A stretch of DNA of 32,000 bases from Planctomycetales bacterium (GTDB lineage: Bacteria > 4484-113 > JAFGCY01), in assembly GCA_022646745.1 (NCBI GenBank), contig CP060262.1, positions 2,250,001 through 2,282,000 on the forward strand, written 5' to 3'. Made by a program: the position numbers and the translations under genes. Shown in pieces: positions 26,001 to 32,000 of this stretch (within the stretch, counting starts at the first letter, position 1; the number at the start of each line of letters is the position of its first letter). The notes below the pieces were generated by a model. It made no database searches. It had not been told where the DNA came from and saw nothing but the letters and a program-made list of their open reading frames with translations.

Positions 26001-26701
26001 CCTACACCTATCCCAGTAACCCGAACAGCATCTACTACGCCTATTCGACTGAGTCTGATCCTGCGTTGGCTGGCGACTGGGTGGTGACGGAACTCGAGAC
26101 GGACGGCAACCCCGTTGTCAGCGACACCCTGCAGCTGATCGAGATCGGCGGAATGCCGTATGTGGCTTATGGCAAGAATGGCGAGGCACCGAATACGCAG
26201 AAGCGGCTGTGGCTGGCCCGCGGCCTGACTGCCACCCCGACCGGTACTGCTGACTGGGCGCGGCATGAAGTCGACCCGGCGAAGAATACCGGGCTGTACA
26301 TGTCGATCACGGAACTGGGCGGCCGGCCCGCGATTGCCTATGGCTTCGCCGACGGCCCGCTCGGGATGCGCTTCGCCTGGGCGGACAGTGCGAGCCCGGC
26401 AAGCACGGATGACTGGAACATCATGGCGGTCGAGACCGGCAAGCGCGGGATACCCTCGCTGGCGGTGGTCGGCGGCGTGCCGATGTTCAGCTACGTTGCC
26501 AACTCACCGAACGGCGGACTGACGCTGGCGAAGGCCAGCAGCAGCACTCCGGCCGGTGACGGGGACTGGAGCTTTGAGCGGCTGATCCCGCAGGACATCG
26601 GCGGCGGCCAGAGCCCGCTGCTCGAGGTCAATGGCCTGCCGGCGATCATCTACGGCTGGAACGCCGCTGCCAATGTGGTGTTCATCACACCTGCACCCTA
26701 G
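23030..26701 (+). CDS. Giant lipoprotein P3: N-module + papain-like C1 cysteine peptidase + Fn3 + 3 PKD + unassigned 7x GxPAIAY-repeat (propeller-like) domain
   Basis: Trimmed to ATG 23030, starting MSYRDRTVRNCRIGLVILLCSIAAG|CGGG (lipobox). ATG 23000 and GTG 22931 are alternatives. N-module at nt 23384-23725. C1 head has Gln (NDQGYWGSC), Cys (23873-23875), His in GGHAMLIVGYD (24338-24340) and Asn in VRNSWG (24392-24394). Fn3 (IALSWTPVDGADGYRIYRD). PKD motifs FSWDFGGG, YEFDWENDG and YEWDFENDG. The C-terminal repeats occupy nt 25613-26698. Confidence 0.85.
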   Translation: MSYRDRTVRNCRIGLVILLCSIAAGCGGGNELPAAGPSQQAAQPLPEAPANARQVKLAVRMNPQQEISEQPGGLKAASAISMQLSSMPLPGRSTSASEVEVAAVDYRTDLLNSRVEVKGDYLVYRPVWNNAIFDDLSDAAYAIYQVDLTGYTGDPTIGFNWAENGLPRIPDKYFVGLANWDANRWSWFDGPLDQVLTLDDLAPYTDANGKLLLNVLALQRESVVVLRNMTIGAPEMRGTGFEYEDIPVQTSAPALYVPTLPGSVDLRAGCAPINDQGYWGSCTAFAVGDGAYNYELYSIYESLGWDLTGTAFRVSPKFLYIESGKDQGFPPGGDYGRWTDVVADGLTRFGIATELNAPYDYDYNDNWSIAALNDAAVLKSTGYVPLASHSTAAIEGIKSVLAFQQRPVLVSTQVDYGLITYAPGQVWHFQGPSFGGHAMLIVGYDNGKEAFLVRNSWGTDWGEDGYLWMAYDTLTHPYNWYVQCGYITDEYNEATAQRFTGNSISLLPPDNLEASQGTAGSSIALSWTPVDGADGYRIYRDTRQNLVQQVGAVSEYTDNSVLDELAHSYWVTALKDSSESAHSAPDLGYVAQSPQVSGVSPTSGAEGQTIRFIPQVSGDPQATFSWDFGGGASPNTSSDPGPVVVLGSEGSYDASLTVIGAEGNQKFDFTLEVKLNQPPAAYLFDPNNGKAIAPYECTLDATSGDSDGWIVLYEFDWENDGIYDLVTTEPVVQHTYTELGTVTAKVRVMDDAGLYDTATEQITIEPDNFAPYPTITATPPSGPAPLDVEFDSAGSYDQDGFLIYYEWDFENDGTIDAEGDSLTTTDHVYPADGTYTAMLRVTDNEGATGEITTEVAVGLPLIGGWTSHAIRTWTDGTNSRRINATLVGGNPAVSVTTNNTGMEYVSSGVAVPDDSSDWSVMTALANGSLPNSTKPYGLCNLSGVPLVSYSGGSLSSIKWTGASWLDMNVDGTANCGESSSIAIVAGKPAIAYTYPSNPNSIYYAYSTESDPALAGDWVVTELETDGNPVVSDTLQLIEIGGMPYVAYGKNGEAPNTQKRLWLARGLTATPTGTADWARHEVDPAKNTGLYMSITELGGRPAIAYGFADGPLGMRFAWADSASPASTDDWNIMAVETGKRGIPSLAVVGGVPMFSYVANSPNGGLTLAKASSSTPAGDGDWSFERLIPQDIGGGQSPLLEVNGLPAIIYGWNAAANVVFITPAP

Positions 26702-26703
26702 GT

Positions 26704-28650
26704 TCAGGGGCGGTAGCAGCGGATCGTGTCGTCACCGTTGGTCCTGATCAGCAGGCTGCCGTCGGACAGCATGATCAGCGGCACGACTGACTCCGCCGTG
26801 GTGTAGTCATAGGTGAAGCGCCAGCGCTCATTCTTGTTCGGCTTGAGGCAGACCAGGTCCTTGAAGATGCTGACGTAGATATCCTCACTGGCATCCACGA
26901 TCGGTGCCGCCGGGCCTGCACTGTCTTCTGTCAGGGACCAGTCCTTCAGGCCCTCCATGTTGAGTGCATACATGATCTTGCCCTCTCCCGGCAGCAGCAG
27001 GTGTTCGGTATCCAGCTCGAAGCCGATGGCGGGATAGCTGAGCGGGTGATTGCCACTGGGAAGTTGGAAGTCCCCGAGCTTGGTGCAGTTCTGGTCGCAG
27101 AACATCACGTATGCGGCTGAACCGGCGACGAGCATAACGTTGCCAGTGCTGCCGATCACCGGCGAATTGAGCAGCTTGGAATTGGCTGAAGTGCTGTCCA
27201 GCAGGCTGCCGGACATGTCCAGCGCATAGCAGTCCGAAAAGTCGGTGCCAAAGTAGACCTGCCCGCCGTCACCGATGGCGGCAATGTTCCTCGGCAGTCC
27301 GCTCGGTGTGGTGTAACTCCAGTTGACAGTGGAGGTCGCTTCAGGGTCAACGCTGCGCAGTTCATTCGTGCCGTAGCTCAGCAGCAGGCCGCCATCCATC
27401 GTGAAGCCGTGCATGTCCCGCACACCGGAGGAGGCCAGCAGGCGCCAGTCCTCGGTCAGGTCGCTGTTGAGCGCCAGCACGGCATTGTCCGCCGTCGGCG
27501 AACCGTTGTCAACAAGGGCATAGACCCGTCCGTCCGGGCCGATGGCGCGCAGGCGAAGGAACTTGCCGCTGCCTTCATCGAAGTGGGTGATCTCCATTCC
27601 CGTGTCGGGGTCAATCGCATAGACCTTGCCATCATGGTTGGCGGTGTAGATCGTGCCATCGGCGGCCTGCAGAATTCCGTCCGGGCCATCTATCACATCA
27701 AAGCTCCATGCCGGTTCATCTGTGGCACTGAGCAGGGCGGGGCCGCTGGCCGGGCTGCGGCGGTTCTGGTAGCGGTTCGCACCGGCGCACCACCAGGGAG
27801 CATGGGCCAGTGTATTGAATTCCAGCAGCAGTTCGGACTTAGCGCCGATGTTGTCAGTCGCACTCAGGCGCAGGCTGGTCCGGCCGCCGAGGTAGCACTG
27901 CCAGTCGTCAGTGCCGGGCGCGGTGCCCTGGTGCTCGATGCTGCCATCGGCATTCCAGTCCCAGCTGAAGTCGGCCAGCGTGCCGTCGACGTCGCGGCTG
28001 GCAGTGGCGTCCACACTGATCATGGACGGGGCAGTGCCTCCGTCACCATTGGTCACAACAGAAATCACGGGCGGGGAATTCTCGCCGAGCCGGATCCACT
28101 CCAGCCGGCCACCACCCGCAGTGGCAATCATCACGACGGCCAGCACCAGCCCGTCATTGCGGCGGTAGGGCGCGGAGTCGCCGAAGTCCCAGCTCGGGCC
28201 GTTGACTGGCTGCCAGTCCCAGCGGTCGCTGTCCCAGTTGGCCAATGCCGCGAGGACCGTGCCGTTGGCGGGGGTGGCAGCGTCATTCCAGTTCAGGTTC
28301 AGCTTGCTGGTAGTGGTGCCGGGATCAAGCTGGAAGTCATACATCGCGTAGCAGATCTCGGAGCGCAGCGGCGGATCACCGGCAGGGCTGAGGGAGAACA
28401 CCGCCTGGTCAGCATCCGCTGTGACATTCTGCGATGAAGCAGGCATGAATTCCGCTCCGCTGTGGATCCGCAGCTCGAGCACGGCACTGCTGCTACGCTC
28501 GACGGCTGACGGGGCGGGCAGCCCATTGCCTGGGCCGGCGGATGCTTCGGGCGGGGTGGCCGGGGTGGCTCCTGAGCTGCATGAGACGGCCGGCAATGCC
28601 AGGGAAAGCAGCAGTGGAAGTGCAAGCACCAGGGTGGTATATCGCTTCAT
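26704..28650 (-). CDS. Lipoprotein with N-module + PKD + PQQ-like beta-propeller (no peptidase domain)
   Basis: Trimmed to ATG 28648-28650 (GGGGAGACGA then CT then ATG), starting MKRYTTLVLALPLLLSLALPAVS|C (lipobox). N-module at nt 28084-28410 (CYAMYDF...LNLNWN...ALANWDSDRWDW...APYRRNDGLVLAVVM). PKD motif FSWDWNADG. Blades DGTIYTANHDGKVYAID, DGRVYALV, GGQVYFGTDFSDCYALD and EDIYVSIFKDLVCL. Confidence 0.85.
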   Translation of the reverse strand: MKRYTTLVLALPLLLSLALPAVSCSSGATPATPPEASAGPGNGLPAPSAVERSSSAVLELRIHSGAEFMPASSQNVTADADQAVFSLSPAGDPPLRSEICYAMYDFQLDPGTTTSKLNLNWNDAATPANGTVLAALANWDSDRWDWQPVNGPSWDFGDSAPYRRNDGLVLAVVMIATAGGGRLEWIRLGENSPPVISVVTNGDGGTAPSMISVDATASRDVDGTLADFSWDWNADGSIEHQGTAPGTDDWQCYLGGRTSLRLSATDNIGAKSELLLEFNTLAHAPWWCAGANRYQNRRSPASGPALLSATDEPAWSFDVIDGPDGILQAADGTIYTANHDGKVYAIDPDTGMEITHFDEGSGKFLRLRAIGPDGRVYALVDNGSPTADNAVLALNSDLTEDWRLLASSGVRDMHGFTMDGGLLLSYGTNELRSVDPEATSTVNWSYTTPSGLPRNIAAIGDGGQVYFGTDFSDCYALDMSGSLLDSTSANSKLLNSPVIGSTGNVMLVAGSAAYVMFCDQNCTKLGDFQLPSGNHPLSYPAIGFELDTEHLLLPGEGKIMYALNMEGLKDWSLTEDSAGPAAPIVDASEDIYVSIFKDLVCLKPNKNERWRFTYDYTTAESVVPLIMLSDGSLLIRTNGDDTIRCYRP

Positions 28651-28873
28651 AGTCGTCTCCCCACGAAGCAATATCCTAGCAGAATCGACCTCTCGTGCCT
28701 GATTCGGGCGAATTCAGAGAAAAACCGCCAGTCTCATCTTGTGGAGCCAATGAAAATATGATAATTTTCTGCGCATCGGGAAACGGCAATGCGGAGATGG
28801 ATCCGATGTCGCTGCGGCGGCACTACTTACGGCAGTTCCCCGGCACTTATCACCAGGATGGGAGTTGGAAATC

Positions 28874-29692
28874 ATGCGTCATTTCACTAACCTTCGCGCG
28901 CAGGCATGTATCTGCCTGCTGGCGCTGAGCATTGTCCTGCTGGCGGCATCGTGCCAGCAGCCGGCGGAGTCACAGGGCAGTGCTGATGTGGCTGCCGTGC
29001 CAAAAGTTGAAACCAGGCCGGCGAGTTTTGCCGACATCAAGGGTGGCGAGAAGGTCTACTATGAGAACTGCGCTGCCTGCCACCACCACGAGGGGCGCGT
29101 CGGCCCACCGCTGATCAAGGACGCCGGCTACTTCATCTGGGCCGGAGTCAGTCCCGAGGAGCTCGGTGCACTGCTGTTCCAGCCGGTGCGCATCAAGCGT
29201 GAGGGCTCCTACATGCCGGCATTCAGCCCGGAGGACCTCAGCGACCAGGAAGTGATGGAGCTCGGCGCATGGCTGGCCGGATTCCATGAGCCGGCGGCTG
29301 AGCTGCCGCAGCTTGGTGACCCGGAGAACGGTGCCACGCTGTATGCCGCGAACTGCGCGATGTGCCATGGTGCGAACGGCGAGTCCACCGCGGCCGGTGC
29401 ACCGCTGGCTGCGATCGTCGGTGAGCTGCACGCCCATGAGATGTCCACCGGCACGATCATCGGCTTCACCTACCTTTCCACCCGCAACAACGCGATGCCG
29501 AGCATGCCCGCCTTCAGCGAGGAGGACCTGTCCGACAGTGACCTGCTGGATATCGCAGCCTTCATGTGGAACTTCCCGCCGATGGGCCCGCCGCCTGCGG
29601 AGGGTGGTGACGCCCCCGCGGAAGGTGGCGAGTCTGCCCCTGCTGAAGGTGGTGAGGCTGCTCCGGCTGAGGGTGGCGAGGGTGCGGCCTAG
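28874..29692 (+). CDS. Lipoprotein-anchored diheme c-type cytochrome with acidic Pro/Ala/Glu/Gly repeat tail
   Basis: ATG 28874 with GGGAG 9 nt upstream; the track starts at TTG 28865. Signal peptide with lipobox LLAAS|C. Two CxxCH motifs: CAACH (29069-29083) and CAMCH (29354-29368). Each is followed about 45-55 aa later by a candidate axial-ligand Met segment (YMPAF, MPSMPAF). Confidence 0.9.
   Translation: MRHFTNLRAQACICLLALSIVLLAASCQQPAESQGSADVAAVPKVETRPASFADIKGGEKVYYENCAACHHHEGRVGPPLIKDAGYFIWAGVSPEELGALLFQPVRIKREGSYMPAFSPEDLSDQEVMELGAWLAGFHEPAAELPQLGDPENGATLYAANCAMCHGANGESTAAGAPLAAIVGELHAHEMSTGTIIGFTYLSTRNNAMPSMPAFSEEDLSDSDLLDIAAFMWNFPPMGPPPAEGGDAPAEGGESAPAEGGEAAPAEGGEGAA
29594..29689 (+). 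repeat. In-frame tandem coding repeat, 4 copies of PAEGG(D/E)xA (21-27 nt units)
   Basis: CCTGCGGAGGGTGGTGACGCC / CCCGCGGAAGGTGGCGAGTCTGCC / CCTGCTGAAGGTGGTGAGGCTGCT / CCGGCTGAGGGTGGCGAGGGTGCGGCC, at the extreme C-terminus of the cytochrome. Confidence 0.9.
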
Positions 29693-29745
29693 CCGCTTTC
29701 CCGACCAACCGCACAGCCTGCGGACTCAATTCTGACAACATGACT

Positions 29746-29773
29746 GCCCCCGGGAAACCGGGGGCTTTCATTT
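29746..29773 (+). terminator. Rho-independent terminator downstream of the cytochrome c gene
   Basis: GCCCCCGG (29746-29753), a GAAA tetraloop, then CCGGGGGC (29758-29765), followed by TTTCATTT. This is an 8-bp all-GC stem 54 nt after the stop codon. Confidence 0.8.
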
Positions 29774-29900
29774 GCATGAGACCAGGTTTCAATTAGCTCC
29801 AGCGGGTCCCGCCGTCAACGCGGCACTGTATAATCTGCATATCAAGGAGGAGACCGGCCGGGGCCGCTTCTCCAAAGTGGTTTCCGCCGGCAACTTGGGC

Positions 29901-31337
29901 ATGATTACGCATCAGTCCAGCTACACGATCACAATGCGGATCAGCGGGCCACACGGAATCGGGCTGATCCACCGCATCCTCGGTGAGATCGCCGCTGCCG
30001 GGGGCATGATGGGGGCCATCGACGTTGCCGAGATTGACAGCAGCGGCTGGGTGCGCGACTTCACCGTGCACTGCAATGATCCCGAGCATGAGAAGCGCAT
30101 CACCGAGGCTGTGCGCGCAATGCCGGGCATCCACGTGCTGGCCGTGTCTGACGAAACCTTCCGCATGCACCTCGGTGGCAAACTGACCGTCGAGAGCAAG
30201 CTGCCGATCCACAACCGCGCCCAGTTGTCAATGGCCTATACCCCAGGTGTCGGGCGGGTCTCGCGCTACATCGCGGATGACCCGCAGCGGGCCTGGTCAC
30301 TGACGATCAAGGCCCACACCGTTGCCGTGGTGTCCGATGGCAGCGCCGTGCTCGGGCTCGGTGACATCGGGCCGGAGGCGGCGATGCCGGTGATGGAGGG
30401 CAAGGCGCAGCTGTTCAAGGAGTTCGGCGGTGTGGATGCCTTCCCGCTCTGCGTCAACACACGCGACCCCGAGGAGATCATCCGCTTCTGCGAACTGATC
30501 GCGCCGACCTTCGGCGGGATCAACCTGGAGGACATCTCCGCCCCGCGCTGCTTCCAGATCGAGCGCGAGCTGAAGCGGCGCGTTGACATCCCGGTGTTCC
30601 ACGACGACCAGCATGGTACTGCGGTGGTGCTGCTGGCCGCTGCCAAGAATGCGCTGAAGCTCGTTGGCAAGGAAATGCAGGACATCCGCGTGGTGGTTGT
30701 CGGTGTCGGTGCCGCCGGGGTGGCCTGCAGCAAGATGATGATGGCGGCCGGAGTGCGCGACCTGGTCGGCGTCGACCGCCACGGCATCATCTGCGAAGGG
30801 GCGGACTGCCATGGCAGCGCCGTGCACGAGGAGTTCGGGCGCGCCACCAATCCGCGCCGGATCGAGGGCAGCATAGAGGAGGCGCTGCGCGGTGCCGACC
30901 TGCTGGTCGGGCTGTCATCCGCCGGCGCGGTGCGGCCGGAGTGGGTGCGCAACATGGCAAAGGACCCGATCGTGTTCACGATGGCCAACCCGGTGCCGGA
31001 GGTGATGCCGGAGGAGATCGAGGAATATGCAGCCGTTGTGGCAACGGGGCGCAGCGACTACCCGAACCAGATCAACAACGTGCTCGCCTTCCCGGGGATC
31101 TTCCGCGGCGCACTGGATGCGCATGCGACGGACATCAACGAGGAGATGAAACTGGCGGCGGCGGAGGCGATCGCGGCCTGCGTGGACCCGAAGCGCCTCA
31201 GCCGGGACTACATCATCCCATCACTGTTCAACAAGCATGTGGCCCGCGAGGTGACACGTGCGGTGGTGCACGCTGCGCATGAGACGGGAGTGGCACAGCG
31301 CAGGCGTAAGCCGACGCAGATCATGCCGAAGGTATGA
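29901..31337 (+). CDS. NAD(P)-dependent malic enzyme (oxaloacetate-decarboxylating malate dehydrogenase) with N-terminal ACT domain
   Basis: Signatures: AYTPGVGRV, VVSDGSAVLGLGDIGPEAAMPVMEGKAQLFKEFGGVDAFP, FGGINLEDISAPRCF, PVFHDDQHGTAVV, VVVGVGAAGVA, ANPVPE and NNVLAFPGIFRGALD. The N-terminal YTITMRISGPHGIGLIHRILGEIAAAGG looks like an ACT fold. The track start at TTG 29772 lies inside the upstream terminator tail, so I chose ATG 29901. GTG 29877 is possible, and the RBS is weak either way. Confidence 0.88.
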   Translation: MITHQSSYTITMRISGPHGIGLIHRILGEIAAAGGMMGAIDVAEIDSSGWVRDFTVHCNDPEHEKRITEAVRAMPGIHVLAVSDETFRMHLGGKLTVESKLPIHNRAQLSMAYTPGVGRVSRYIADDPQRAWSLTIKAHTVAVVSDGSAVLGLGDIGPEAAMPVMEGKAQLFKEFGGVDAFPLCVNTRDPEEIIRFCELIAPTFGGINLEDISAPRCFQIERELKRRVDIPVFHDDQHGTAVVLLAAAKNALKLVGKEMQDIRVVVVGVGAAGVACSKMMMAAGVRDLVGVDRHGIICEGADCHGSAVHEEFGRATNPRRIEGSIEEALRGADLLVGLSSAGAVRPEWVRNMAKDPIVFTMANPVPEVMPEEIEEYAAVVATGRSDYPNQINNVLAFPGIFRGALDAHATDINEEMKLAAAEAIAACVDPKRLSRDYIIPSLFNKHVAREVTRAVVHAAHETGVAQRRRKPTQIMPKV

Positions 31338-31340
31338 GGC

Positions 31341-32000
31341 TTACTTGAGCGTCCACTTGATGTTGACGTTCTCGAAGTCGTCATCCATCTGCGATACCTC
31401 AGCTTTCGCCTCATATGAATTGCCGTTGTAATGGACTGTTACGTAGACGGTCCTGCCAATGAACTGGCTGCAGGGTGCCCTGATTCCATCCCACTGGTAG
31501 TCATACTGGCTGTTGCTGGCCTGGTACCAGTCTCCGCCCAGACTGAAGAAGACCTTGTCAAGGGTCACATCAACGCACATCAACTGCAGTTGCCATTCCG
31601 TATTCTCACGCTTGTATATGTCACCTTTCAATCCCTTGATCCCGAGCGTGGCGGAAATCACCTTGCCTGCGTCCGGGGTTGGATTTCCCTTGTTGCCATC
31701 CTTGCGAGGCTGCTGCTTGTCGCCTCCCTTGTTTCGCGGGGCAGTCTTGCGAGAATTATCCGGCAGCTCAACATTCACATTGAACCATTTCTCGGTTCGG
31801 GAACCGGATTCATCCACCACGAGCAGTCCGATGTTGTAATCCGCGCTCTTGTTGACGTAGAAATACTCGCCGGTCAGGCTGGCCGGGTCGCGCCAGCCAC
31901 CGCCATCGGGTATCCAATAGGTGTACTGCACGATCTTGTATCCCTTCGGTGAATAGCTCTTTGAGCAGTCAAGGACGAGGTAATATCTGCCTGATTCCTG
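31341..32000 (-). CDS. Partial hypothetical protein (5' end outside window), two beta-rich segments joined by a Lys/Pro/Asn-rich linker; lower GC than neighbours
   Basis: The frame stays open upstream of the track's GTG (31929-31931) all the way to nt 32000 (…QESGRYYLVLDCSKSYSPKGYKIVQYTYWIPDGGGW…). Stop TAA at 31341-31343. YTYWIPDGG resembles a PKD/Ig-like Y.WDFGDG strand. Linker: PDNSRKTAPRNKGGDKQQPRKDGNKGNPTPDAGK. Confidence 0.6.
   Translation of the reverse strand, partial: QESGRYYLVLDCSKSYSPKGYKIVQYTYWIPDGGGWRDPASLTGEYFYVNKSADYNIGLLVVDESGSRTEKWFNVNVELPDNSRKTAPRNKGGDKQQPRKDGNKGNPTPDAGKVISATLGIKGLKGDIYKRENTEWQLQLMCVDVTLDKVFFSLGGDWYQASNSQYDYQWDGIRAPCSQFIGRTVYVTVHYNGNSYEAKAEVSQMDDDFENVNIKWTLK

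Noticed and set aside
11779-28671. A diversity-generating retroelement or cassette-switching mechanism as the explanation for the variable paralogs
   Set aside because: There is no reverse transcriptase, recombinase or invertase gene. I found no near-identical template/variable nucleotide repeat pairs; identities between paralogs are limited to 15-18 nt at catalytic motifs. Divergence is spread over whole domains.
28695-28928. 77-aa ORF and a 3-codon mini-ORF (ATGAAAATATGA at 28750-28761) in the region upstream of the cytochrome c gene
   Set aside because: Neither has an SD. The 77-aa ORF overlaps the cytochrome start out of frame and has no recognisable features. The imperfect palindrome CTGATTCG-GG-CGAATTCAG (28699-28717) nearby might be an operator, but the evidence is too thin to list.
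29843-29851. Strong SD-like AAGGAGGAG (with TATAAT at 29829-29834 just upstream) inside the long version of the malic enzyme ORF
   Set aside because: No ATG, GTG or TTG occurs within 5-12 nt downstream in any frame. The nearest in-frame start is GTG 29877, 27 nt away. The TATAAT could still be the malic enzyme promoter -10, but I could not support a -35, so it is not listed as a feature.

Overview
High-GC bacterial chromosomal window (about 63% GC in a hand-counted 60-nt line); taxon not resolvable by eye. I saw no rRNA, tRNA, CRISPR array, transposase or integrase. Reading left to right: (1) the 3' end of a photolyase gene, followed 44 nt later by a HerA-like/DUF853 P-loop ATPase. (2) A long minus-strand block containing a CPBP intramembrane protease and a tightly overlapped carotenoid operon. 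The operon order is crtB, crtI, alpha/beta-hydrolase, GT2 glycosyltransferase, crtD-like, cruF-like, and a PQQ-like beta-propeller lipoprotein gene follows it 54 nt downstream. (3) A roughly 17 kb accessory island (11.8-28.7 kb) made almost entirely of giant secreted lipoproteins. (4) A lipoprotein diheme cytochrome c, an ACT-domain malic enzyme and a lower-GC partial ORF at the right edge. The most interesting signal is a six-member paralogous lipoprotein family, five in the island plus the one behind the carotenoid operon. All six share a ~110-aa N-terminal module I cannot assign to any named family. That module is fused to interchangeable effector parts. Three copies carry a complete papain-like (C1) cysteine peptidase head, Fn3 and PKD domains, and each has a different beta-propeller tail: PQQ-like, SBBP-like, or an unassigned 7x GxPAIAY repeat. 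The other three copies carry propellers only. A second point of interest is the alpha/beta-hydrolase inside the carotenoid operon, which has a G-N-C-S-G cysteine nucleophile elbow like PHA synthases and may be an acyltransferase for a carotenoid glycoside. All domain calls come from motif reading by eye; no database search was run.
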